Shown in pieces: positions 29,469 through 38,674 of a stretch of 64,000 nt of DNA; the stretch's first letter is position 1; every line of letters starts with the position of its first letter. The notes under the pieces are model-generated. The model was not told the DNA's origin. It searched no databases and saw nothing but the letters and a program-made list of their open reading frames with translations. The position numbers and the translations under genes are program-made. Origin of the DNA: Giardia intestinalis (lineage: Eukaryota); the NCBI GenBank assembly GCA_000002435.2, contig CM018789.1. The stretch is one strand, 5' to 3'.

Positions 29469-32354
29469 TTACGTTCTGAGCATCTTGATGGCTGCTAAAA
29501 TATTATCTATGCCTTCGCGCACTTCTTTGCCGTCCTTGACATCTCTAAGCAACTTCTCACATTCAGATAGGGCAAACCGTTCGTGTCTTGTCGCTAAAGC
29601 CTTGGCGCAATACTCCCCAATCTCATCAAACGGAACGACAACCTGCTCTGTCGTCGATAGATTCTTCACGTTAATGACTCGATTCTCTATCTCATCGCCG
29701 CCGATAATAAGGGCGAGGAGAGCATGGCCTGCCACGCCTTCATCAATGTCCTTTTTCAGTAGCTTCTGGCTGCACCCTTCTTTACAACTCATGCCCACAG
29801 AGATGCCTAGTCCCCAAAGGATTCCTGCCACTTCTAGGCGGGCCTCTATGGTGCACCCCGGTGCTCCACAAATATAAACATCATATCGCTTGGCAGACGC
29901 CAACTTGCATGAGGAACCACCGTCCTCAACGTCCCCAGTCGCTAGGCCATCAAGTGATGCTTGCCGTGCTTCCAGAATGGCAAATATGCGTTCTATCCCT
30001 ATGCTTCCCCCGACTGCGCAAAGCTCGTCTCCCCGTGCTCTAAACTTACCTAGCAGCTCATCATAACGTCCCCCTCCTGCTATCGATCCTGTGCGCTCTC
30101 CGTGGTCAGAGATCAGCTTTGCTTCGAAAACCATTCCGGTGTAGTAGTCAAGTCCTCGCGCTAACGAGAAGTCCAGCACCATATACTCTAGTGACTGCGG
30201 ACACATGAGTGAGGCATATCTAAAAAGAAGACCTAGTTGCTCAAGCCTTGGGCTGATCGCGTCGATGAATTGAGAGGAGAGCGTGCTGTCCAAAGAAATA
30301 GATGCATGCAGCTCCTTAAGAGCCGCGATCGCAGTGGACACGAAGTCAAAGGGAGAGTTGGCAAACATGTGCGGGGATGTAGGAAGCTTAAAGTCAATTA
30401 AAGCTAAAACCGTGTCGGCCACAACAGGAGTGAGCCCCTTGGACTTCACGATCTTATCCCTTACTTCCTCCTTGGAGTGCTTATCCAGCTGGTCGATACA
30501 GCTGCACACCGCCTTTTTCTGCTCATCTGAAACACCTGCCACTGCCATCGCTGAGTCGAGTATGCCGCGGTGATTTATCAATATTTCGAAGTTACGGATG
30601 CTCTTCCTTAGAGCATGCAGAATCTCAAATACAATAACTACGACCTCAGCGTCAGCAGCCATCGGTGCCTGCGTGTTGGGCTCATAGACAATATCCAGAT
30701 CGCATTGATAAAACTCACGAAAACGCCCCTTTTCCATAACAGGCTTGTCTCGTCTGTAAACGCGCCCGATGGAATAGCGCTTAATCGACTTCTCCCTGTG
30801 TGTGGCACAATAGCGCGCAAACGGGACCGTTAAATCATACCGAAGAGATAGAGGTTCCTCCCCATAATCAGAGACATTGTAAATCAGCTTCTGCTCTTCG
30901 CCATACTTGCCCATCAGCACAGACCGCGATTCCATGACTGGGGTCTCTATGCAGACGGCGCCATGTTGTTGAAATACGCTCGTTATCAGTGAAAGAGCAG
31001 CTTGCCTAAGCACCATCTGTCCAGGGAGCAAGTCACGCATACCGCACGGAGGCTGGGGGATGCGAGCGTTAGAAATAGCAAGGAAGAGGTGGTCAGTCAT
31101 GGCACGCACGATCCTCGAGATACACCAAAACTGGTGCGCACCGGATGCGGACTGACATTCTCTAAAAAGATCACCATAGGTATCCATAGCTATCAGTACC
31201 CCCTGGCCCACTTGTATCTTCCCCTTGGAAAGTCCTGCTTGAGCAATAGATAGCTTGGTAAAGGCAGACAGCAACTCTGTAGAAAGGTCCTTGAGAACAC
31301 CACATAGCTGCACAGGGAGTAGCAGCGCGTGCAAAACCGGCACTGGCTCCTTCTTTAGTGCGTCTAGCATCTCGCTTTCCGCAACCCCGTATGCATCGTC
31401 CGAGGGTGCTTTCCAAATCCCCTTTTCTACCACGACAGCATCGACCAAGTGGCGGCGTGCAATCGACAGTGAACGGATAGTCGCTATCTTCAACTGTACG
31501 CCGTGTAGGAGAGAAAGTGTTGTTACATCAGTCAAAGGCCTTGTATCGAGACTAGTGTATGCTGCCGAAGCCGTATCCGGTCGCACGGCGGTTCGCAACT
31601 CCGTGGCCAGCTCACGTATCTCCCCAGCCAATGATAGCGACTGTGAGCAGAACAAATTACTCCCTTTCTGAGTTACCTTTTTAGAGCCAGATATAAGACT
31701 CATCACGTTTGACATGGCTGCCTTCATCCCAGAGTGCTTTCGCTGAACGGTATAATTGACGAAGTCAAATAACTCTCTAACCCTTGCACACATAAGTTCG
31801 AAAGAAAAGGAAAGAGCAGCCTCATGGAGCGTGGCTACAAAGGACAGGAGAATGGACGACGCAAATGACACGGACAGGGTAAAGGCATGAGCATTTAGCT
31901 TGAAAATGTTAATATCTTCGTCCGATAGCTCGATGTAGAAAGGGTTATCTGGGCCCTCGGTGAGAATAGAGAGCAGCTGATCCAGCAAGTCTTTTTCAAG
32001 TGCAGAGTTCGGAAGGAGCACACACTCTGGTCGCTGAAGGGCGATGTCTTTTGGGCCGTTGAGGATTCTGGTTAGGCCTTGGAGGACAGTTATCGAAACA
32101 GAGGCAGGGCTACTGGCCAGGAGCGAAAGCATTGTGAATATGTACGCCCGTGACAGGACGTACGGTACTGAGCGGTACTTTCCCGAAAAAAGGGTGGCAT
32201 AATGGTAGGGTGCCCGAGGCACTGGGTTCTCGGGAGCAGGGAGGAAAGCAGCGAAAACAGATGCGTCAAGGACAATGGGAGCCCTGCAATAGCAAACGTT
32301 GTAAAAGCTTTCGAGAGTCAGTGAGGTACCGCCCAGCTCGACCACCGGTAACAT
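29469..32354 (-). CDS. hisS: Histidyl-tRNA synthetase (class IIa) carrying a ~430-aa in-frame N-terminal extension of unknown function
   Basis: The C-terminal 530 aa hold the canonical HisRS motifs: 'GMRDLLPGQ', 'LMGKYGEEQKLIYNV', 'LSLRYDLTVPFARY', 'KRYSIGRVYRRDKP', 'GRFREFYQCDLDI', 'LARGLDYYTGMVFE', 'AGGGRYDEL', and an anticodon-binding tail. They are collinear with human HARS 'KTPKGTRDY...LSLRYDLTVPFARY...GRYREFYQCDFDI...GGGRYDGL'. The upstream 431 codons are in frame, with an ATG start and no stop. Confidence 0.9.
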   Translation of the reverse strand: MLPVVELGGTSLTLESFYNVCYCRAPIVLDASVFAAFLPAPENPVPRAPYHYATLFSGKYRSVPYVLSRAYIFTMLSLLASSPASVSITVLQGLTRILNGPKDIALQRPECVLLPNSALEKDLLDQLLSILTEGPDNPFYIELSDEDINIFKLNAHAFTLSVSFASSILLSFVATLHEAALSFSFELMCARVRELFDFVNYTVQRKHSGMKAAMSNVMSLISGSKKVTQKGSNLFCSQSLSLAGEIRELATELRTAVRPDTASAAYTSLDTRPLTDVTTLSLLHGVQLKIATIRSLSIARRHLVDAVVVEKGIWKAPSDDAYGVAESEMLDALKKEPVPVLHALLLPVQLCGVLKDLSTELLSAFTKLSIAQAGLSKGKIQVGQGVLIAMDTYGDLFRECQSASGAHQFWCISRIVRAMTDHLFLAISNARIPQPPCGMRDLLPGQMVLRQAALSLITSVFQQHGAVCIETPVMESRSVLMGKYGEEQKLIYNVSDYGEEPLSLRYDLTVPFARYCATHREKSIKRYSIGRVYRRDKPVMEKGRFREFYQCDLDIVYEPNTQAPMAADAEVVVIVFEILHALRKSIRNFEILINHRGILDSAMAVAGVSDEQKKAVCSCIDQLDKHSKEEVRDKIVKSKGLTPVVADTVLALIDFKLPTSPHMFANSPFDFVSTAIAALKELHASISLDSTLSSQFIDAISPRLEQLGLLFRYASLMCPQSLEYMVLDFSLARGLDYYTGMVFEAKLISDHGERTGSIAGGGRYDELLGKFRARGDELCAVGGSIGIERIFAILEARQASLDGLATGDVEDGGSSCKLASAKRYDVYICGAPGCTIEARLEVAGILWGLGISVGMSCKEGCSQKLLKKDIDEGVAGHALLALIIGGDEIENRVINVKNLSTTEQVVVPFDEIGEYCAKALATRHERFALSECEKLLRDVKDGKEVREGIDNILAAIKMLRT

Positions 32355-32370
32355 CGCGAGATTTAAAATT

Positions 32371-34008
32371 ATGAAGTGTTTTTGCAGGACACGGCTACAC
32401 TATGACGCAGATAAGAATATGAGTTTACTTGTAAAGGAAATGGTGGAAGCGATGTACCAAGGCGTTAGCGTAATTTTTGCCAGCCTCGATACGTCCTATG
32501 ATTCTGTTCTAATTTATATGCTTCAGAATGGCTTTACCCTATTAGATTCTCGTTTCTATACTCAGTTTCAATACATAAGTCTCGCCACATTTGCGGAAGC
32601 CACACATCTGGCAGATCCCCTTATGACACTTGATACGTTCTTAGATCACGCTGTAAGGTTAGTCCCCAAGGACACCAAGGATGCACTCATGATTATAGAT
32701 CACGGGTCCTTCTTGGGGGGACCTTATAGCCTGACAACTATTACAAGTCTAGCTCAACTCATAGTGCATCACTCAGAGAATCACGGTACGCATGGGAATC
32801 CTACACATGTGAATCAGGCACACACTGATAAAAAGCATTCGGTGCGGCATAAGTGGCCCGACAGCCTTTCCTTTGTTCTTAGCTTTGATAGTCATGTAAT
32901 GTCTTCCCAGGAGCTCATTTACCTCCTTCTTAATGTACCGTCCCTCTACATTGATAATAGGGTTATACCTCACGACCATAACAATATCTTGCGGGTTCCC
33001 AGCAATGTTGGGATTGAAAGTCTGAGTAGCATTCTGAACCCTCTGTTAGTAGTTATTCTTTCCAAACTACTCAGCAAATCTGAGTCCAATCTCAAATCAG
33101 CGTCTTTGCATGCAGACCATAGTGCGTGCTACAAGGAATTGTTAGCTCTGCACTCTCGATGCGAAGCTTTCCAATCATTCATAGAAACGTCGTTGGCAGC
33201 AAACCCTAACAGCTTAGTGCTTACTAAGGAGATAGTAGAGCTGCTTGCTAGCAGACCAGCTATGCCGGCATCCTATGATCGCCTTCTTACTGAGCACGCT
33301 AAGTCAGGTGAAGAGCACGACCATAGACTTGGGCTACAAAGCATTTCTTCTCAGGTAGACACGGTCTCCCCGGCCCTCAGCGTCAATACAGATCTTAGCT
33401 GGATGCTGAGTCCAGACTACAATGCTCATGCTAACAACAAGTCTAGACACTCGCTACCCTCTGAACAGCGGCCTACACACGATGCTCACTCCAAGCTAAC
33501 TATAGCATATCTGGAGCATGACCAGAAAGCCCAGCAGCCTACAACAGAGGAACTAGAAAAGAAGGGCCCTGAAAGAAGCCCCGATCATTTGCGTCGTTCA
33601 AGCAAGGAAAAGTCTCTCCTACTAACTACATCCGTGCCCAATATGGGGCCGTATTTAGAGCAGATCCTTCACCAGAGCGAGTCTAGCACTATAGAGCAGC
33701 CGGCAGTCATCCTCCCGGCAGTTGCAAAGCGTCTAACAAGCATTTCGTCATTGGCCTGGTCACAGTCACCGAAGGAAAACAAATCGTCAAGCAACTCACC
33801 TAACAATGATACCATCGATGCGAACGTAGAGAAGGTCCCTAACTCTACATCGACTGTGACTATACCCACACATGCACCCGTAACGCCTCCTTCCTTGGTG
33901 CAGTCTCCACCGGCGAAAGCACAGGGGCTTCGTATGGTGACAAAAGGAAAAGGTGTTAAGCTTTCCGGCTCGCAGTCAAATGAGGCGCACCGGGCAGAGA
34001 AAACATAG
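32371..34008 (+). CDS. Hypothetical protein (545 aa), S/T/P-rich C-terminal half
   Basis: The ATG at 32371 is preceded by 'ATTTAAAATT' and lies 16 bp from the divergent HisRS ATG; an alternative ATG (MSLLVKEM) is at 32419. Confidence 0.6.
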   Translation: MKCFCRTRLHYDADKNMSLLVKEMVEAMYQGVSVIFASLDTSYDSVLIYMLQNGFTLLDSRFYTQFQYISLATFAEATHLADPLMTLDTFLDHAVRLVPKDTKDALMIIDHGSFLGGPYSLTTITSLAQLIVHHSENHGTHGNPTHVNQAHTDKKHSVRHKWPDSLSFVLSFDSHVMSSQELIYLLLNVPSLYIDNRVIPHDHNNILRVPSNVGIESLSSILNPLLVVILSKLLSKSESNLKSASLHADHSACYKELLALHSRCEAFQSFIETSLAANPNSLVLTKEIVELLASRPAMPASYDRLLTEHAKSGEEHDHRLGLQSISSQVDTVSPALSVNTDLSWMLSPDYNAHANNKSRHSLPSEQRPTHDAHSKLTIAYLEHDQKAQQPTTEELEKKGPERSPDHLRRSSKEKSLLLTTSVPNMGPYLEQILHQSESSTIEQPAVILPAVAKRLTSISSLAWSQSPKENKSSSNSPNNDTIDANVEKVPNSTSTVTIPTHAPVTPPSLVQSPPAKAQGLRMVTKGKGVKLSGSQSNEAHRAEKT

Positions 34009-34055
34009 CACAAGGTCCGGAGCTGTATGGTTTACTTCGCTGAATAAGCGGCGTC

Positions 34056-34532
34056 CTATTTCTTGAACATTCCCGAGAGCTTCCCGAAGACAGGAGCCAT
34101 CTTCTGCCCCACTGATTGCAGATTCTGAGATGACAAATCCACCTTTCCGTTCTTAATCATCATGGCAGCAACTTCCGAGTAAATCGGCTTCAGCTCGTCA
34201 CTGTTTAGTTCAGCGTATATCTTTTTGACCTTTTCGATCACTTGATTGAAATCTATCTTCCCCTTTTGCTGGGGATTGGGGCCTGTTTCCTCGTCCAGAA
34301 AGACGACATCGAGAGGGTTACCATCCAATTGGGCGCCTGTAAGGTCGGCCTTGAGAGCAGCACGGTTGGCTATGACGCGAGCAACTCCAACCCTAGGCTT
34401 GTTATCTCCCGGGGTCAATATCTCAACGTTGAGGATCTCCGTAACAGACGCCTGCTGCTGAAGAAACTCCTTGAGACGCTCCTCTGTAGCATCGGGTTTG
34501 AGATTTAAGAGCTGAAGGTCGACTGTGCTCAT
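34056..34532 (-). CDS. Hypothetical protein (158 aa) with a degenerate RRM-like N-terminal fold
   Basis: ATG start; 'DLQLLNLKPDATEERLKEF...PRVGVARVIANRAALKA...LDGNPLDVVFL' resembles RNP2/RNP1 spacing, but the RNP1 aromatic residues are missing. Confidence 0.4.
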   Translation of the reverse strand: MSTVDLQLLNLKPDATEERLKEFLQQQASVTEILNVEILTPGDNKPRVGVARVIANRAALKADLTGAQLDGNPLDVVFLDEETGPNPQQKGKIDFNQVIEKVKKIYAELNSDELKPIYSEVAAMMIKNGKVDLSSQNLQSVGQKMAPVFGKLSGMFKK

Positions 34533-34603
34533 TTAATTTTGGCGGACACACGGGCGAACCGGAACATACGCAAGCGCCGAACTAGCATAGTTTACACGTG
34601 GAA

Positions 34604-34954
34604 TCACAGCCTCTGCTTGATCCACTCCTTCATTGCAACGACCTCGCGGGGTCCAGAGTACTCCTCGACAAACTTGCTGTCCTTGTAGAACTTGACCGTC
34701 GGGTAGCCCTCGATGCCCTCCGACCCGCACAGCTCGTTAGCCTTGGTGCAGTCGACCTCGGCGATGACCACACCCTCGGGAGCGTCATCAGACAGATCGA
34801 CATACTTCGGGGCGAGGGCCTTGCAGTGGCCGCACCAGGGCGCGAAGAACTTGACCATCATCGGCTTGCCCTTCGCGAGCTCGGCCTTGAAGCTCGAGGT
34901 GACGTCCAGGACGGCGCCGAAGGCAGAGGCGACGAGGAGGAGGCCGGCAATCAT
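34604..34954 (-). CDS. Protein disulfide isomerase, single thioredoxin domain with CGHC active site (secreted/ER, ~13 kDa)
   Basis: 'FAPWCGHCKALAPKY' is a PDI active site. The real start is ATG at 34954 (MIAGLLLVASAFGA signal peptide, preceded by GCAAATTAAAA); the track start at 35008 is a GTG. The protein ends '...KEWIKQRL'. This resembles the small single-domain Giardia PDIs (PDI-3-like). Confidence 0.85.
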   Translation of the reverse strand: MIAGLLLVASAFGAVLDVTSSFKAELAKGKPMMVKFFAPWCGHCKALAPKYVDLSDDAPEGVVIAEVDCTKANELCGSEGIEGYPTVKFYKDSKFVEEYSGPREVVAMKEWIKQRL

Positions 34955-35109
34955 TTTTAATTTGCGGGGCGTTTTTTGAATGGCACCATATGACGTGTTG
35001 AGATGCACTAGGCAATGCTAATAAAAAATACCAGATAACGTAAACCCTGCGCTTGTACTACCCTCGCAATAGTTTGATAAAATTAGTAGGATTGACTCGG
35101 AAAATTAAT

Positions 35110-35913
35110 ATGACACCGAATTGTAGCGACCCAACTTTACGCTACACAATCAAGGATGATACTATAATTGAAGAAACCCTTAGGGAGTGCAGCGACTTTA
35201 AGACTGCCGAGTATGTTCAAACTAAGAGCATATCACTTGACAAGATTCTACCAAGAGAAAAGTGGCTGTGGACGGACGAACGTTCCCATGTCAGTGCATC
35301 AATTGCTAGGATCGGACAATTGTTGGTGATATTTGGCATGCACTGTACAGGGGGCCAGAGCTGCTGTGGACAGGAAGATACTAATGTGACCATAATATTC
35401 AACATGGTTGACAATACTAGTCGTGTAACCATATCGGCCGAGGTGCCCCCAAGAGTTGGACAGACAGTTACGCGCATAGGAGATCTCCTTGTCCTGCACG
35501 GCGGAGAACATTGTTCTTGCCATCGAGCAAAGTTCCCCGAAAACATCTGCCAATACGAGGTGCCACTTGTAGACAAATATAATGACACATATACGCTGGA
35601 TGTAGATGAGTGTAGGTGGAAGAAATTGACAACGCACAATCCTCCACCTCCTTCATCTGGCCATGAAGCACGAGAGCTGGGCACATCTCAGCTCCTTATC
35701 TGGGGAGCTGATCTGTCTACTCCATACGTCCTTGACCTTGTATCTCTGGAGTGGAGCCCCAAGCCGATGATGTCTCAAGCCTTCAAAAGCTCGATAAGAA
35801 GCATCCAGTCCACTGATTACCTACATAAAGATTCGCTGGACGAGTACAAAAACGAAGGCCTGAGATACAGAGAACAGATGCAAACTAAGAGACGCCAACG
35901 CAAGCTCATATAA
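35110..35913 (+). CDS. Kelch/galactose-oxidase-like beta-propeller repeat protein
   Basis: The track start at 35053 is a TTG; the first ATG is at 35110 (preceded by GAAAATTAAT). The repeats 'IARIGQLLVIFGMHCTGG' and 'VTRIGDLLVLHGGEHCS' resemble kelch blade cores. Its stop overlaps the convergent gene's stop by 8 bp. Confidence 0.45.
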   Translation: MTPNCSDPTLRYTIKDDTIIEETLRECSDFKTAEYVQTKSISLDKILPREKWLWTDERSHVSASIARIGQLLVIFGMHCTGGQSCCGQEDTNVTIIFNMVDNTSRVTISAEVPPRVGQTVTRIGDLLVLHGGEHCSCHRAKFPENICQYEVPLVDKYNDTYTLDVDECRWKKLTTHNPPPPSSGHEARELGTSQLLIWGADLSTPYVLDLVSLEWSPKPMMSQAFKSSIRSIQSTDYLHKDSLDEYKNEGLRYREQMQTKRRQRKLI

Positions 35914-37699
35914 ATGAAAGCTCTGCTTGATTGACTACTGCCAAGGAAGAGCCGTAAGTATCCATCATATCCGCACGACCCAACTGATCTTCCAACTCGA
36001 CCAGTGCATGAGGGAAAATGCTGTACTGCACAATGCGGCCACTAACCGTTAAGACTATTACCTTGCTGTCGTGAAGGATGGCCGACACTATGGCCTCTCC
36101 ACAATCAGCTTTGCCATGCCACCTATAGTACGGGGAGAAGATAGGCGAGGTCTCATCATCCAGAGCAAGAAGAGGTAGTCCAGTAACTAGATCCTTCGGT
36201 TTTATTATCCATCCAGCCAATTGACCACCTAAGCTGCACGCAATCACAATCTCCTCATCTAGAGCAGTCACAGAAGGTATATAGCCGTGAACCAAAGAGA
36301 TAACGGGCGCCTCGAATACCAAGCAGCGACTCGGCGCAATACTGGCTAAGTGCCTAACAATCTCAGACAGCCCCTGAACAGGGACGGTAGCAGAGCCTCC
36401 TGCAGCCAACCGAACAATTATGGTTCCTGCCATATGCCCTGTAATGCACAAGGGAGAGGCATCTGCGAACTCGCACGCAGCAGACGTGGCAGACGAAAAC
36501 ACCGTCTGCTTCTCGTTGGACACGCAAAGCTTGGCTGGCATCTCGATTATAATGGCTGGCTCCAAAAGGGCTCTCTGATTGTATATTCTTTGATCCCTTT
36601 TCGAGAGAACAAAGTCCAGTGTGATGGTCATCGTTGCAACACAGTTAGATTCGTAGAGCACGATCAGGGTCATTTGCTTCGTCCTTACAGAGGTACTTTT
36701 TGCAGTAACATCCAGTATTATGAGGCCCCGCACCGGAGAAAAATATGAGCGCGATAAAGAAGTTGTTATAAGGGCAGTATGAGATGTCGATATGTGCGAA
36801 TAAGTAATCTTGACAAGGTCAGGGTTTAATAGTGTTGAGAAGTTGCCTCCAGGTTGCATTATGTGGTGGTTGATTGTATACACAGTGACCTCACCAGTTG
36901 CAAATCCTAGCACGATAAAATCTTGATAAGTCTTTATAATTGTTGGCACGTCTGCCAAATTAAATAGACAAACGGCTTCGATAGATGGGTAGCCAGGTAC
37001 GGTTACAGTGTTCAGAAAATGGGTCTTGGAAAGCTCTCTATAGCTTTGTGCATTGGAAGAAGGAGAACACAGCACAATCATTATAACAACATTGTGCACT
37101 TGATAAAGACAGATGAAAAAGTCTAAGTTCAAAAGGGTAACGATCTTGAATGCAATAGGGAACAAGGTTATATCAACGTGTTTGTGAGCTTGAGATAGGA
37201 TGAGGTCGTGCAAATTTATGGGTCCTTGAGTTACCAAGTTGGATTCCGATGATGCGTCTGCCGTGTCGTCTAGAAGGAGATCGAGGATCGCTTCTGCCTG
37301 CATAGAATTAGTAATCATTTCTACCAACACAGAAGCCAAGCGGTGTCCATCATTGGCTAATCTGGCCAAGCGCGCCTTATCCTGCAGAAGTTCATAAACA
37401 AGCTGGCGTTCGCTATCATTAATTGGTTGCTCTTGGGTCGCAGACAGCGCAGGTGGAGAGGAGTTCGCACCAGCTGGAGCTATGTCCAGGGTACAACTTG
37501 TTTCTGACAGCTGTATGTGGCGGTGGGGCGCTCTTTCTCTTGTGCTCTCACCGACAGCATCTATTGGGCTAGCTGTGAGCTTTGCTTCGTGGATGTTTGC
37601 CAACATTGCAGTAATACGCTCTGCTATATCTACATTTGCGCGGAGAGCAGACTGCGAGTCAGCAATCAACTCGGCTACATTATCGGCATCATGTTTCAT
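35906..37699 (-). CDS. Hypothetical protein (~597 aa), acidic helical N-terminus and beta-rich C-terminal half
   Basis: The track start at 37723 is a GTG; the first ATG is at 37699 (MKHDADN, preceded by GAAATTTTA). No conserved motif. Confidence 0.6.
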   Translation of the reverse strand: MKHDADNVAELIADSQSALRANVDIAERITAMLANIHEAKLTASPIDAVGESTRERAPHRHIQLSETSCTLDIAPAGANSSPPALSATQEQPINDSERQLVYELLQDKARLARLANDGHRLASVLVEMITNSMQAEAILDLLLDDTADASSESNLVTQGPINLHDLILSQAHKHVDITLFPIAFKIVTLLNLDFFICLYQVHNVVIMIVLCSPSSNAQSYRELSKTHFLNTVTVPGYPSIEAVCLFNLADVPTIIKTYQDFIVLGFATGEVTVYTINHHIMQPGGNFSTLLNPDLVKITYSHISTSHTALITTSLSRSYFSPVRGLIILDVTAKSTSVRTKQMTLIVLYESNCVATMTITLDFVLSKRDQRIYNQRALLEPAIIIEMPAKLCVSNEKQTVFSSATSAACEFADASPLCITGHMAGTIIVRLAAGGSATVPVQGLSEIVRHLASIAPSRCLVFEAPVISLVHGYIPSVTALDEEIVIACSLGGQLAGWIIKPKDLVTGLPLLALDDETSPIFSPYYRWHGKADCGEAIVSAILHDSKVIVLTVSGRIVQYSIFPHALVELEDQLGRADMMDTYGSSLAVVNQAELSFI

Positions 37700-37800
37700 T
37701 AAAATTTCGCCGAGGGGCTCCACGTGTACGATCGGCCACGCCCCAGCCTGTGGGACTTGTTGTAGACGTATACTGCGTACGGAACTCCTGTAAGGGTTTA

Positions 37801-37806
37801 CTACAG
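37801..37806 (+). promoter_or_regulatory. CTACAG motif (Myb2-type encystation-promoter element) 40 bp upstream of the GlcN6P deaminase ATG, in a 146-bp divergent spacer
   Basis: C[T/A]ACAG is the published Giardia Myb2 binding site upstream of cwp1-3, myb2 and g6pi-b. It occurs here as 'GTTTACTACAGCAG' and is followed by the AT-rich initiator 'CCAAAATAAAAATG'. Confidence 0.4.
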
Positions 37807-37845
37807 CAGTAGCAGTATATATGTAACTGCCTCGCCAAAATAAAA

Positions 37846-38646
37846 ATGCCGTCCATCCACGTCTCCAAATGCGCTGATCCAGCCATAAAGCTTGCCCACC
37901 GTATCGCGGAAGTTGTCCGCAGCAAGCCGAATTGCGTTCTGGGCCTGGCGACCGGATCGACCCCCATCCCCGTCTACCAGGAGCTTGCCCGTCTCCACCG
38001 CGAGGAAGGCCTAGACTTCTCGCAGGTCAGGACTTTCAACCTGGACGAGTATGCAGGGCTCCCTCCCACGCACGACCAGAGCTACCGCTTCTTCATGGAG
38101 GAGCACCTCTTCAGCAAGGTCAATATAAAGCCGGAGAATGTACACTTCCTCAATGGAATGGCTTCGGACTACGAAAAGGAGTGCGAGCGCTATGAGCAGG
38201 AGCTCAAGGCGATTGGCCCCTGCGATGTCTGGCTTCTGGGGATCGGGCACAACGGTCACATCGCCTTCAACGAGCCGGGGTCCCCGAGAGACAGCAGGAC
38301 GCGCGTCGTCTGCCTGACCCAGAGCACGATCGACGCCAACGCGCGCTTCTTCGGAAACGACAAGTCGAAGGTCCCGACCAAGGCCCTCTCTGTGGGGATA
38401 GCAACCATCATGGAGAGCCGCGAGATCCTCCTTCTCGCCACCGGTGAGAGCAAGCGCGAGGCTGTTACTAAGAGTGTTAAAGGAAAGTGCGAGACCCATT
38501 GCCCGGCCTCCTTCCTCCATGAACATCCTCACTGTCGTTTCTATGTCGACATGGATGCAGGCAAGGAGGTGGATAACACTTGTTGCCAAGCTACAAACCA
38601 AGCAAGCTGCTGCGGCTCCACTTCCTGTCACGCTGCAAAAGCTTAA
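37846..38646 (+). CDS. GNP: Glucosamine-6-phosphate deaminase/isomerase (NagB family), encystation pathway enzyme
   Basis: 266 aa with 'VLGLATGSTP', 'FNLDEYAGLP' and 'GIGHNGHIAFNEPGS' signature motifs. It carries an unusual Cys-rich C-terminal tail, 'CCQATNQASCCGSTSCHAAKA'. Confidence 0.95.
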   Translation: MPSIHVSKCADPAIKLAHRIAEVVRSKPNCVLGLATGSTPIPVYQELARLHREEGLDFSQVRTFNLDEYAGLPPTHDQSYRFFMEEHLFSKVNIKPENVHFLNGMASDYEKECERYEQELKAIGPCDVWLLGIGHNGHIAFNEPGSPRDSRTRVVCLTQSTIDANARFFGNDKSKVPTKALSVGIATIMESREILLLATGESKREAVTKSVKGKCETHCPASFLHEHPHCRFYVDMDAGKEVDNTCCQATNQASCCGSTSCHAAKA

Positions 38647-38667
38647 ACACGTGAATGGATGCCAATA

Positions 38668-38674
38668 AGTGAAT
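38668..38674 (+). terminator. AGTGAAT polyadenylation signal (Giardia AGTRAAY consensus) 22 nt after the GNP stop
   Basis: The sequence 'TAAACACGTGAATGGATGCCAATAAGTGAAT' follows the stop at 38644-38646. Confidence 0.5.

Noticed and set aside
31062-32354. Reading the HisRS N-terminal extension as a histidine ammonia-lyase domain
   Set aside because: Similarity is limited to ~30 N-terminal residues and the HAL MIO-forming ASG triad is absent. I report it only as a weak lead that needs profile searches, not as an annotation.
38011-38631. 206-aa minus-strand ORF antisense to the GlcN6P deaminase
   Set aside because: It exactly mirrors a strongly GC3-biased, motif-rich NagB gene, and its amino-acid composition is Ala/Arg/Leu-rich junk. 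It is treated as an antisense shadow, though antisense transcription itself is possible.
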